This document shows, piece by piece, positions 1-8,802 of a stretch of 60,019 nucleotides of DNA. The stretch is taken from NCBI GenBank assembly GCA_034658815.1, contig JAYEFY010000048.1, forward strand, positions 1 through 60,019, read 5' to 3'. The notes beneath the pieces are model-generated. The model saw only the letters and a program-made list of their open reading frames with translations, was not told the DNA's origin and did not search any database. Position numbers and translations under genes: made by a program. Numbering within the stretch: the first letter of the stretch is position 1; the number at the start of each line of letters is the position of its first letter. This stretch comes from Patescibacteria group bacterium. Its GTDB lineage: Bacteria; Patescibacteriota; Minisyncoccia; Moranbacterales; DUUL01.

Positions 1-81
1 TTGCTGTAGATCATTAGTCTGACCAATATAAAATTTGTCGTATTTTTTATTGTACGCAATATAAACAAAAAGGTTTTGCAT
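1..81 (-). CDS. Minimal GIY-YIG nuclease, second tandem copy (only the 5' part is in the window)
   Basis: Bases 1-127 are identical to 333-459 (332-bp offset); ATG at 81 starts MQNLFVYIAYNKKYDKFYIGQTNDLQQ and the ORF runs off the window edge. Confidence 0.85.
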   Translation of the reverse strand, partial: MQNLFVYIAYNKKYDKFYIGQTNDLQQ

Positions 82-85
82 AATG

Positions 86-155
86 TGGGCGCTGAGAGAT
101 TCGAACTCCCGACCTACTGGGTGTAAATCCCGAGTACTCGGGACTCTAACCAACT
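86..155 (-). pseudogene. tRNA-Val-derived fragment lacking the first ~12 nt, with CGACTGG replaced by the perfect palindrome TCCCGAGTACTCGGGA (128-143)
   Basis: Direct comparison with the intact tRNA at 418-491. Confidence 0.85.
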
Positions 156-161
156 TGAACA

Positions 162-413
162 TTACATATTACAGAGTTTCCTATAAAACTGTTTCGATTT
201 TTGTTTTTTAAGAAACCTTTCTCTTCTTACAGTCTCTGAACGTGAGAAAAAACTTTCATAATACAAAATTTTCCATCCACCAGTATATTTTTTTGTGTAA
301 ACAGAAAAACCAGAACAATGTTCCAGTTCTCTTTGCTGTAGATCATTAGTCTGACCAATATAAAATTTGTCGTATTTTTTATTGTACGCAATATAAACAA
401 AAAGGTTTTGCAT
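162..413 (-). CDS. Minimal GIY-YIG nuclease (UPF0213/Slx1-like), 83 aa
   Basis: FVYIAY...FYIGQT motif pair, R (QQRE) and H (EH), conserved helix E (RRERFLK); true start is ATG at 413, directly after the tRNA 3' end. Confidence 0.88.
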   Translation of the reverse strand: MQNLFVYIAYNKKYDKFYIGQTNDLQQRELEHCSGFSVYTKKYTGGWKILYYESFFSRSETVRRERFLKKQKSKQFYRKLCNM

Positions 414-417
414 AATG

Positions 418-491
418 TGGGCGCTGAGAGATTCGAACTCCCGACCTACTGGGTGTAAACCAGTCGCTCTAACCAACTGAGCCAAGCGCCC
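418..491 (-). tRNA. tRNA-Val(TAC)
   Basis: GGGCGCT/AGCGCCC acceptor stem, ACTGG-TTTACAC-CCAGT anticodon arm, GTTCGAATC T loop; CCA not encoded. Confidence 0.96.
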
Positions 492-734
492 TTGTAACAA
501 GAAAAACATAAAATGACCTACTGGGTGTAAATCCCGAGTCCTTGGGACTCTAACCAACTGAGCCAAGCGCCCTTGTAACAAGAAAAACATAAAATGACCT
601 ACTGGGTGTAAATCCCGAGTCCTCGGGACTCTAACCAACTGAGCCAAGCGCCCTTGTAACAAGAAAAACATAAAATGACCTACTGGGTGTAAATCCCGAG
701 TCCTCGGGACTCTAACCAACTGAGCCAAGCGCCC
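492..734 (-). repeat. Three tandem 81-bp units: tRNA-Val 5' half with a palindrome replacing the 5' anticodon-stem strand, plus a 17-nt AT-rich spacer
   Basis: Units 492-572, 573-653 and 654-734 are identical except one base (543); palindromes at 532-547, 613-628 and 694-709. Confidence 0.95.
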
Positions 735-758
735 TTGTAATGGGGCTTTGACCATACG

Positions 759-842
759 TGCCCCGAGAGAGACTCGAACTCTCATGCGCATAAAGCGCCA
801 TGGCCCTCAACCATGTGTGTATACCGATTCCACCATCGGGGC
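759..842 (-). tRNA. tRNA-Leu(GAG)
   Basis: GCCCCGA acceptor, CATGG-TTGAGGG-CCATG anticodon arm, long variable arm, GTTCGAGTC T loop. Confidence 0.95.
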
Positions 843-994
843 GATGTTTTTAAATGCCAAATCTTTATCAATGTTACCGTGTTTTTATATTACGGTCAAG
901 ATTTGAATTTTCACACACAGTAGTTGGGCGCTGTTGCATTGTTTTTTCGTGAGCAATTCTATAGATGAAGAATAAAAAACGAAAATTCAAAATA

Positions 995-1022
995 ACAAAA
1001 AGCGCCGATAAGCGCCTTTTGT
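995..1022 (-). terminator. Probable intrinsic terminator after rplS
   Basis: On the minus strand AAAAGGCGC-TTATCG-GCGCTTTTT, about 30 nt after the stop. Confidence 0.5.
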
Positions 1023-1052
1023 GTGCATACTAAGCAAACAAACTGCTTCGTT

Positions 1053-1538
1053 TTAATTTTTCGCTTCAGTCTTTTCTCTCTTTCTTAGTGTCTTTTTCTT
1101 GGATTCCTTTTTTTCGTTTTTCTTTTCCTTCGGCTCTCGTTCTTTCTCTGCTTCTTGCAGTTCTTTGATAATTGTCTTTTCGCTTTCGGAAAGATCTCTC
1201 ACTTTCATCTTTGCGGCTTTACCGGTTCTGTCTCTCATATAATACAGTTTTGCTCTGCGTACTTTACTGCGTCGAAGAAGATCGATTTTTTCAATTGATG
1301 GAAGATAAATTGGAAAAGTTGCTTCTACTCCGATTCCTTGAGATTCACGCCGAACAGTGATAGTTGGTGAAGAACTTTGTTTTCCCTTGATTGCGATAAT
1401 TAGACCTTTAAAAACTTGAATACGCTCTCGGTTGCCTTCTTTAATATGTTTGTGGACGCGAACAATGTCACCGACTTTAAACGACGGAAATTTCTTTGTT
1501 TGCAGTGATTTATTAAATTGCACAACTTTTTCATTCAT
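1053..1538 (-). CDS. rplS: 50S ribosomal protein L19 with a charged C-terminal extension
   Basis: [39 protein letters not shown] motifs. Confidence 0.96.
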   Translation of the reverse strand: MNEKVVQFNKSLQTKKFPSFKVGDIVRVHKHIKEGNRERIQVFKGLIIAIKGKQSSSPTITVRRESQGIGVEATFPIYLPSIEKIDLLRRSKVRRAKLYYMRDRTGKAAKMKVRDLSESEKTIIKELQEAEKEREPKEKKNEKKESKKKTLRKREKTEAKN

Positions 1539-1562
1539 ATCGGAAAAGTTACTTCATTATAT

Positions 1563-1584
1563 AGATTGTTTCCAAACTAGCTTT
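1563..1584 (+). repeat. Solo terminus of the GGGACTGTTTCCAAACTA MITE-like family
   Basis: AGATTGTTTCCAAACTAGCTTT matches the terminus of the 28084-28171 element. Confidence 0.5.
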
Positions 1585-1854
1585 GTCAATAAAAATCAGG
1601 AAACTTCATTCATCATTACTGTTCGTGAACGGCATGATTCTGAGCATTCAGGATAAGATTTTTGATGGGAATTGACTCAAGAACAGTTTCTTACCAAGCT
1701 TTTCCAAGCATATCCCACTTTCTTAAATAGAGCAAGGTTATTATTGCCTAGATTTAACGGTTCGCTCAGATTGATTGCTATCTCACTATTTAATTTTTCT
1801 CGAAAATATGATATTATTCAGATAGCATCATCGTGAAAAACAAATCTTATAAAT

Positions 1855-2220
1855 ATGACATATTCCAATAACAAAGTATTTTTTGTTCTGTTCGTGTTAT
1901 TTTTTTTATGCGGAACCATTTGTTCAAGCGGACAAATAGCTGCGCAAGCCCAAGATCAAAGAAACGATCAGTCTTTAGAGATCTCAGACGAGAGAATTAC
2001 AAATGACAATGAAGCGAAAGCAATGGCCAGTGCGAATGACAATGTGAATTCGGGAGAAACAAAAGTTGCTGAGTTATCCAAAATACAACCACAAATATTT
2101 GCCGATGCTGAAGCGCCGCCCGCGGGACCTGCGGAATCGGTTGTTATTATTGCGGCAATTACATTCGGGTTTTTAGGCGCCGTGATCTTTCTGGCGCTTG
2201 TTGTTCATAATCGATATTGA
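1855..2220 (+). CDS. Hypothetical exported protein with an N-terminal signal and a C-terminal TM anchor
   Basis: Hydrophobic N-terminus, polar middle, PPAGP followed by a hydrophobic helix. Confidence 0.65.
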   Translation: MTYSNNKVFFVLFVLFFLCGTICSSGQIAAQAQDQRNDQSLEISDERITNDNEAKAMASANDNVNSGETKVAELSKIQPQIFADAEAPPAGPAESVVIIAAITFGFLGAVIFLALVVHNRY

Positions 2221-2229
2221 AACGAAGCT

Positions 2230-3189
2230 TTATTTTAGATGTTTAGAAAATTTTAGTGGAATAGGGCAGGAAAATTCATATTTTTTCATGTTGCTATATT
2301 TAAAGGAAAGATGTGAAGCATGTAAGAAAAGACGGCTAAACGGCGCGTTTTTTTGTTTAGTGTTCTTAGTAAAGTACAATTTGTCGCCGACAACAGGATG
2401 TCCAATTGATTGAAGATGAATGCGAATCTGATGTTTTCTTCCTGTTTTTAACTCAATTTCAACGAGACTGATCTTCCCGTTGTCTTTCAAAACTGAAAAT
2501 GAAGTAAGAGCGTTTTTTGGATTAATAAGTTTTTCAGCACGCGCACTAGTTGACTGGCAAGTAGGCCGTGCTTTTGATCTGCCAATAAACGTTGAGATAT
2601 CTCCCTTTTTTTGTTTAAATGTTCCCCAACAAAAAACATGATACTTTTTTCTAATGGTTCTTTCTTTAAACTGTTTTTTGAAAAATTCGAAACTTTTTTG
2701 CTTAAGAGCGATAATGAGCAAACCGGACGCATCTTTATCGAGTCGGTGGACAATTCCCGGGCGTAGCGGGTCTTCCCCGACTGACGTAATTTGCGGAAAA
2801 TGCGCGAGTGCCCAATTCACAACGGTGTTACGATGTTCATGGTCGCTCGGATGAACTGAAATTCCGGATGGTTTGTTAATAATGAGAAAATCATCATGCT
2901 TGGCAATAATAGAAATTGGCAAGTCAGCCTGTGGTTCGATGCAGAGAGGAGCTGTTTTTTGAAAAATTCGAATCTTTACTAGGTCTCCTTTTTTAATGAG
3001 ATAGCGAGGTTTTATCCTCTTTTTGTTAACTGTAATAAACCCGTTTTTAATATGCTTCTGGATCAAAGTTCTGGGAATATCGGGGAATTTGGAAGCAATA
3101 AAAACATCCAATCGCGTGTCGGTTGAATCTTGAACAATTAAAACTTCTTTAAAAATAGATTGATTCTTTTCGGAAGTTATTTTTGGCAT
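2230..3189 (-). CDS. RluA/RluD-family pseudouridine synthase
   Basis: S4-like N-terminus (RLDVFIA), NKPSGISVHP, catalytic HRLDKDASG, TGRKHQIRIH. Confidence 0.93.
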   Translation of the reverse strand: MPKITSEKNQSIFKEVLIVQDSTDTRLDVFIASKFPDIPRTLIQKHIKNGFITVNKKRIKPRYLIKKGDLVKIRIFQKTAPLCIEPQADLPISIIAKHDDFLIINKPSGISVHPSDHEHRNTVVNWALAHFPQITSVGEDPLRPGIVHRLDKDASGLLIIALKQKSFEFFKKQFKERTIRKKYHVFCWGTFKQKKGDISTFIGRSKARPTCQSTSARAEKLINPKNALTSFSVLKDNGKISLVEIELKTGRKHQIRIHLQSIGHPVVGDKLYFTKNTKQKNAPFSRLFLHASHLSFKYSNMKKYEFSCPIPLKFSKHLK

Positions 3190-3198
3190 AACGCAACA

Positions 3199-3876
3199 CT
3201 ATTTTGCGATCTTTAAAATATATTTGTTAAGGCTGTTTTCAAGACTGTCCTTATATCTGTGCATGAAAAAGAAAAACACAAGAGCCACAACAACGAAAAG
3301 AGCAACTGTCTGGGTTTTCGATATGGCCATGCCGTTGCCGATAACATTGGCAATAAAACAACCTGGAATTCTACCCAGCACGGCTGTAAGCATCAAAGTT
3401 CTGATCTTGATCTTTGTTAGTCCTGAAATGAAACATATTGCGTCATCAGGGAACATTGGAACTAAGAAAACAATGAAGATGATTGAGATTTTTCTGCTGT
3501 TTGAAATATGATGAAAGCGATCCAATGTTTTTTTTGGAACAATTTTCTCAACAAAAGGTTGCCCGAGTGTTCTTGAAAGATAGAAAGCAATAAACGAGCC
3601 AATCGACAGTCCGATTATTGAATAGACTGTTCCCATATAAGGGCCAAAAAAATACCCGCTGATAAAACCGGTTATTTGGCCGGGAATGGGGACAAATATG
3701 ACTTGAAGAGTTTGAAGAAGAATGATGAGAAATGGGCCAAGTGCTCCCGATTGCGTGATGAATAGTTTGATTTGCGAGAAATCATTAAGAGGGAAGTAGC
3801 GACTGAGAACGATTGCAAGAATAAGCAGGATGATGGTAAAGATGAGAACGCTGGCAAGAACTATTTTTTTAACCAT
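3199..3876 (-). CDS. TVP38/TMEM64 (VTT/DedA-like) membrane protein
   Basis: IPGQITGFISGYFFGP and VPMFPDDAICFISGL motifs, multiple TM helices. Confidence 0.85.
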   Translation of the reverse strand: MVKKIVLASVLIFTIILLILAIVLSRYFPLNDFSQIKLFITQSGALGPFLIILLQTLQVIFVPIPGQITGFISGYFFGPYMGTVYSIIGLSIGSFIAFYLSRTLGQPFVEKIVPKKTLDRFHHISNSRKISIIFIVFLVPMFPDDAICFISGLTKIKIRTLMLTAVLGRIPGCFIANVIGNGMAISKTQTVALFVVVALVFFFFMHRYKDSLENSLNKYILKIAK

Positions 3877-3978
3877 GAACGTTGTTTTGAATTACATAAT
3901 GACTGTTCCTAGGCACCGTTTCGCAACGAAGGTTCAGAACTTTCAACAGAAAGAGTGTTTGGGAACAATCTCTTATTG

Positions 3979-4063
3979 TGCCGGAGAGAGGACTCGAACC
4001 TCCAAGGGATAAAATCCCACTAGCTCCTAAGGCTAGCGTGTCTGCCAATTTCACCACTCCGGC
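3979..4063 (-). tRNA. tRNA-Leu(TAG)
   Basis: GCCGGAG acceptor, CTAGC-CTTAGGA-GCTAG anticodon arm, variable arm. Confidence 0.95.
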
Positions 4064-4156
4064 GGAAAGTTTTGTCCGCTGTTTCAGCGGGTACTCGCCG
4101 GTATGGCGAGCGAACTCCAATATTTACAACTCCGGTTTTTGTGACCCCGTAAGAAA

Positions 4157-4244
<88 letters not shown>

Positions 4245-4480
4245 ATTTTTCTACGGAGCAAACCGATGCATTCCTCTGCCCGTTTTTGGTTAGTGACTAC
4301 TTTCTCCCAAAGCGGATAAATTGCCACGCCTTCAAAATCGGTCTTACTCATAGAATTTTAACAATCCCAATGCTTTTTGTAAACTTTTTCGCTGGAAGAG
4401 CCGAATAATGCCAAATTTACAAAAAACTGGCCAAAAAAGACCAGCATTTGCTTGGCGCACTGACTTGTCGTTCAGGTTAT

Positions 4481-4978
4481 CTACTTCAGTAAAAATCTCT
4501 TGCTTTTACTCAAATTAATAAAGTCGTCAGCCGCTTCAATAAGCATATGCGAACAGCTTTCTTGGAATGCCAATACTTCAACGCGAACGCCTTTATTAAA
4601 CTGCAGATACTTCACCAATTGTTCATAATCGCCATCTCCACTGACCAGTACGATCACATCAAGATTATTAGCGAGTTTTATAGCGTCTATCGCGATGCCG
4701 ACATCCCAATCGCCTTTTTTCATTCCTCCTTTGAATATTTGAAGCTCCTTTGTTTTGACTTCATAGCCAAGATTTTCGAGAGAAGTGAAAAATTTTTCTT
4801 CAAGCCCTTCTTCTGTACTGATGCAGTAAGCGATTGCGCGAATGAGCTGTCTTCCCGAAACGGCTTCTTTTAAAATTTCTTTGAAGTTTACTTTTTTACC
4901 AAAGAGTACTCGCCCGCTGTAGTACATATTTTGGACATCAACCAGTACCCCGACTCTTTGTTGTGAAAATTTTGCCAT
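4481..4978 (-). CDS. NYN domain (LabA/DUF88) protein
   Basis: LVDVQNMY, KKGDWDVGIAID, LVSGDGDY acidic motifs. Confidence 0.9.
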   Translation of the reverse strand: MAKFSQQRVGVLVDVQNMYYSGRVLFGKKVNFKEILKEAVSGRQLIRAIAYCISTEEGLEEKFFTSLENLGYEVKTKELQIFKGGMKKGDWDVGIAIDAIKLANNLDVIVLVSGDGDYEQLVKYLQFNKGVRVEVLAFQESCSHMLIEAADDFINLSKSKRFLLK

Positions 4979-5152
4979 TGTGTTAATTAGAAATTATTGT
5001 TACACAATTGTTTTTATCAATGCTATTTAATATCAAAGGAGTAACTTCAATATATATTGGCAGCTCCGCCTCTTAATTAAAAAACATTTAAGAAAAAAAG
5101 CATTACGGCTGCCTATCTGCTGTAATATCGTAAACAACCGAAAAAATCCGAA

Positions 5153-5422
5153 TCAGCCTTTTAAACCAAGTTTCTTTATTACTTTTTTATATTTAGCTTC
5201 GTTAGTGGTTTTAAGGTATCTCATAAGTTTTTTTCGTTGTGAGACCATGCCCAGAAGTCCTCGCCGGGAATGCTTATCTTTCGGGTTTTTTTTCAAATGC
5301 AGAACAAGTTGCTTAATTTTAGCCGTGAAAAGAGCGATTTGATACTCCGAAGAGCCGGAATCCTTTTCATGCCGTTTAAAATTTTTAGTCGCGCTTGTTT
5401 TCTGCCGTAATGTGAGACTCAT
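5153..5422 (-). CDS. rpsO: 30S ribosomal protein S15
   Basis: DSGSSEYQIALFT, HLKKNPKDKHSRRGLL; start placed at ATG 5422. Confidence 0.96.
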   Translation of the reverse strand: MSLTLRQKTSATKNFKRHEKDSGSSEYQIALFTAKIKQLVLHLKKNPKDKHSRRGLLGMVSQRKKLMRYLKTTNEAKYKKVIKKLGLKG

Positions 5423-5512
5423 ACATTTCTGAGCCGTCCTGTCGGAGCGCTGTTTGTTTGATACAACAAACAAACAGCCAGATTTGAGATGCAATCCAAC
5501 TTCGAACAGGAA
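5423..5512 (-). promoter_or_regulatory. Structured 5' leader of rpsO (candidate S15 autoregulatory element)
   Basis: Perfect 12-bp hairpin 5449-5478 enclosed by an imperfect outer stem (5438-5444 with 5503-5510). Confidence 0.45.
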
Positions 5513-5534
5513 AGCGTGTTATTTTTATGCCTTT

Positions 5535-5562
5535 ATTATAGCAGAAAATGATACTTTTGCAA
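5535..5562 (-). promoter_or_regulatory. Sigma70-type promoter for rpsO
   Basis: TTGCAA-16 nt-TATAAT with an extended -10 TG. Confidence 0.6.
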
Positions 5563-5778
5563 TAGGCGGTCGTCAAAGATGTGTTTTACTTGCAGGTTTT
5601 TTGTTGAAACAAGCAAGCTTGGGCCAACGTAGCTTATAAAATTATTAGAAATTGATTATTAAAAAGTTCATAAATATGTACCCGCGTACTTATAAAATAT
5701 TTGTCTTTACAAATATTTTTGAGAAAATATTCATATTAGGGTAGTATGTATGAATAATATGCTTGATGAATACTTTTT

Positions 5779-8040
5779 GTGTCAAAAATACTGGATTATC
5801 TGAATAAAAAACAAAAAGAGGCGGTTGTTCAAACCGATGGGTCTGTTTTGATCTTGGCGGGAGCCGGATCGGGCAAGACACGGGCGTTAACTTATCGTGT
5901 CGCGTATCTTATCAAAGAAAAAAAAGTGCTGCCGCGCCATATATTGGCAATGACATTTACCAACAAAGCGGCGGGAGAAATGCTTGAACGTGTCAAGCAT
6001 TTACTCGGTTTACCTTCGGCAGTTTCAAGGTATTCTCCAAATTTGCCGCACATTGGCACATTTCATTCAATTTGCGCGCGCATTTTACGCAAAGAGATCG
6101 AGAAGATGGGTTACGAAAGAAATTTTGCCATATATGACAGCAGTGATCAGCTGGCTGTGATGAAGCGGGTGATAAAAAAATTGGAAATATCACAAGAGCA
6201 GTTTAAACCGCAGATTATTCTCGGCGCAATTTCAAATGCCAAAAACAAGTTGGTCGGATCGCGTAAATTTAAACAGCAAGTCGGAAGTTTTTTTGAGGAA
6301 CAAGTTTCAAAATGTTATACGAAATACCAAAAAGAACTTCGTGAGGCCAGCGCGCTGGATTTTGATGATATTCTTATGTTAATTGTGGAACTGTTTCAGA
6401 AGCACCCGGATATTCTTGAGAATTATCAGAACTTATTCAAGTATATTATGGTTGACGAATATCAGGACACGAATCATGCCCAGTATGTTTTTCTCAAAAT
6501 GTTGGCGGAGAAGAGCCGCAATATTTGCGTGGTTGGGGATGATTGGCAGTCGATCTACGGCTGGAGAGGAGCTGACGTGCAAAATATTCTGAATTTTGAA
6601 AAAGATTATCCGGAAGCCAAAGTTATTCTTTTGGAACAAAATTATCGAAGCACCCAGAATGTTCTTGACGCCGCGCACTGCGTTATTTCAAAGAATACCA
6701 ATCGCAAAGACAAAAAATTGTGGACTAAAAATGATTCCGGAAGCCCGATCACTCTTTTTGAAGCGCGGGACGAAAAAGACGAGTCGGACTTTGTCGTTAA
6801 TGAAATAAATCTGTTGCGGAAAGAAATGAAGCTAAAACTTGATGATTTTGCTGTTTTGTATCGCACTAACGCTCAATCGCGCGCGCTTGAGGAGGCATTC
6901 ATGAAAGTGGGCATTCCGTATAAAATTATCGGAGGATTCAAATTCTATGAGCGCAAGGAAGTAAAAGACATTCTGGCTTATTTATTGTTTGCGCGCAATC
7001 CCAATGATAAGGTGAGTTTTGAGCGAGTAGTGAATATTCCGGCGCGCGGAATCGGAAGAAAAACAATTGATAAGATAATGGGCGTCTGCGAGCAAAACAA
7101 AATTGATATTCTTGAGGCGATCAAGTCCATTGTATCTGTGCCGGCTGAAGATCCGAAAGAACGGGTCATTGTCTTGTCAAAGATCAAAACGCTTGAGAAA
7201 TTTCATGTTATGTTGCGAAATTTTCGACAGACGCTGAAAAATATGCCGGTTTCAAAGCTCATTACTAAAATTTACAAAGAATCCGGATATGAACAAATGC
7301 TTTCAAAGAACGGGGAGGAAGGCGCGGTACGGCAAGAAAATATTCAGGAGCTTTTAACAGTTGCTCAAGATTATGATGGGCAAGAGAACGGAGCAGACCT
7401 TTTTCTGGAGGAGGTCGCTCTTGTATCCCAGACCGACAATGATCTGGATGCTCAAAATCTTGTTCCGCTTATGACATTGCACAGCGCTAAAGGCCTTGAA
7501 TACGAAACCGTTTTTATTGTCGGGATGGAGGAAGGTTTATTGCCGCATTCAAGAGCCATACTCAATGAAAAGGAAATGGAAGAAGAGCGGCGCTTGTGCT
7601 ATGTCGGTATCACGCGCGCGAAACAAAAAGCTCATTTGATCTATACGGCAACCCGAACTATTTACGGTTCAACGCAAATATCGATCCGTTCGCGTTTTGT
7701 CGATGAAATTGACAATCATCTGTTTGAACAGCGCTATTCACAGAATGAGAGTGATGAATTTTTTACCGATTCTTTTTCGAATGATGGAAATAAGAGAAAG
7801 TCGGAGCGGCAAGGGTTCATTAAAAGAACTGAAGATGTTGAGCGAATTATCGATCTTGGTAAAAAAGGCGAGAGGAAGCAACGTGATGCCAAATTCAAAG
7901 ATGGTGATAGGGTAAAACACAAAGTTTTTGGCGAAGGCATTGTTGTTTCGCAGGACGCGAAGGCGATAAATGTTGTTTTCCCCATAATCGGACTGAAGAA
8001 GTTTGCCAAAGGAGTCGCGCCCTTAGAAAAAGCGCAGTAA
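5779..8040 (+). CDS. pcrA: ATP-dependent DNA helicase PcrA/UvrD
   Basis: LAGAGSGKT, TFTNKAA, VDEYQDTN, VGDDWQSIYGWRGA, LEQNYRS, TLHSAKGLE, EEERRLCYVGITRA, C-terminal Tudor-like domain; GTG start. Confidence 0.95.
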   Translation: MSKILDYLNKKQKEAVVQTDGSVLILAGAGSGKTRALTYRVAYLIKEKKVLPRHILAMTFTNKAAGEMLERVKHLLGLPSAVSRYSPNLPHIGTFHSICARILRKEIEKMGYERNFAIYDSSDQLAVMKRVIKKLEISQEQFKPQIILGAISNAKNKLVGSRKFKQQVGSFFEEQVSKCYTKYQKELREASALDFDDILMLIVELFQKHPDILENYQNLFKYIMVDEYQDTNHAQYVFLKMLAEKSRNICVVGDDWQSIYGWRGADVQNILNFEKDYPEAKVILLEQNYRSTQNVLDAAHCVISKNTNRKDKKLWTKNDSGSPITLFEARDEKDESDFVVNEINLLRKEMKLKLDDFAVLYRTNAQSRALEEAFMKVGIPYKIIGGFKFYERKEVKDILAYLLFARNPNDKVSFERVVNIPARGIGRKTIDKIMGVCEQNKIDILEAIKSIVSVPAEDPKERVIVLSKIKTLEKFHVMLRNFRQTLKNMPVSKLITKIYKESGYEQMLSKNGEEGAVRQENIQELLTVAQDYDGQENGADLFLEEVALVSQTDNDLDAQNLVPLMTLHSAKGLEYETVFIVGMEEGLLPHSRAILNEKEMEEERRLCYVGITRAKQKAHLIYTATRTIYGSTQISIRSRFVDEIDNHLFEQRYSQNESDEFFTDSFSNDGNKRKSERQGFIKRTEDVERIIDLGKKGERKQRDAKFKDGDRVKHKVFGEGIVVSQDAKAINVVFPIIGLKKFAKGVAPLEKAQ

Positions 8041-8076
8041 GTCGCATAAAATGCCGAAAAGAATTAAGTAAAGTTA

Positions 8077-8112
8077 ACAATTTTTGGCAGGAGTTGGTTT
8101 AGTAACAGTCCC
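8077..8112 (-). repeat. Solo terminus of the MITE-like family
   Basis: ACAATTTTTGGCAGGAGTTGGTTTAGTAACAGTCCC resembles 21381-21414 and the reverse complement of 16936-16972. Confidence 0.6.
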
Positions 8113-8200
8113 AATAGTTCTTTCAAATTCTGTCTTAAAAGTTTACGGCATTCGTTCGTAAGTTTCGTCTAAATAATTTCCGAAGAGGAGGGGAGAAAAA

Positions 8201-8689
8201 ATGTTTGACACTTTCATAGCGCTGGGCACAATCGCTGTTTGCCTGATTGGCACGCAACTGATCAAAAGACGATTATCTGACGCCAGTAATGGATCAAAAG
8301 AATTTATTCTTAAGCACAGGTTGTTGCCTCATCCAAATTCGATCAGTTTTACAGGTTTGCTGTGGGCATTATTTTCGATGGCGCTGTACTGGTTTATGTA
8401 TGCCTGGAAGTCGTCGGGCAATTTCTGCGTTCTTTCTCGCCTGCTTAACCGAATATTCGATTTGGAATTATCTATGGCAGCGAATTATTTCGGGAAAATA
8501 AAAACAGTCTGTGTCCACAGCTTGATTGTTTTTTGCGCTTTGGAAATTTCTAATGTTATCGCTTCCGGTTTTTTAACAGCTATCACTTTCTTGGCGGTAT
8601 GCTCGATCACGTTTAAATTCATCAGAATTGGATCTTTGAGGAATTTTATCTCGAATAGGAGGAAATTCAGCCGGTGCAAACTTTTTTAG
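8201..8689 (+). CDS. Hypothetical membrane protein, possibly chimeric or truncated
   Basis: Strong SD (AGGAGG); the N-terminal half is hydrophobic with HPNSISFTG, while the C-terminal half overlaps a protein-like antisense frame. Confidence 0.4.
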   Translation: MFDTFIALGTIAVCLIGTQLIKRRLSDASNGSKEFILKHRLLPHPNSISFTGLLWALFSMALYWFMYAWKSSGNFCVLSRLLNRIFDLELSMAANYFGKIKTVCVHSLIVFCALEISNVIASGFLTAITFLAVCSITFKFIRIGSLRNFISNRRKFSRCKLF

Positions 8690-8715
8690 TCAAAATATTA
8701 CAAGATTAATCCGCA

Positions 8716-8739
8716 GGGATCACGAAAATTCGTGATCCC
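8716..8739. terminator. Hairpin/terminator
   Basis: GGGATCACGAA-AA-TTCGTGATCCC perfect 11-bp stem. Confidence 0.6.
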
Positions 8740-8802
8740 TAATGTTTTTTTATAAACAATAGCCGCCTTGTTATCAGTATTCAGCGTGTTATAATTTCAC
8801 TA

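Noticed and set aside
86-155. Intron-containing functional tRNA-Val
   Set aside because: Seven tRNA bases are replaced rather than interrupted and the 5' acceptor strand is missing, so splicing cannot restore a tRNA.
492-734. CRISPR array
   Set aside because: The units are identical along their whole length (no variable spacers), are tRNA-derived, and no cas genes are present.
162-791. Single 209-aa protein with N-terminal repeats fused to GIY-YIG
   Set aside because: The frame starts inside tRNA-Leu and crosses tRNA-Val; it stays open only because the 81-bp unit is a multiple of three. The credible start is ATG 413.
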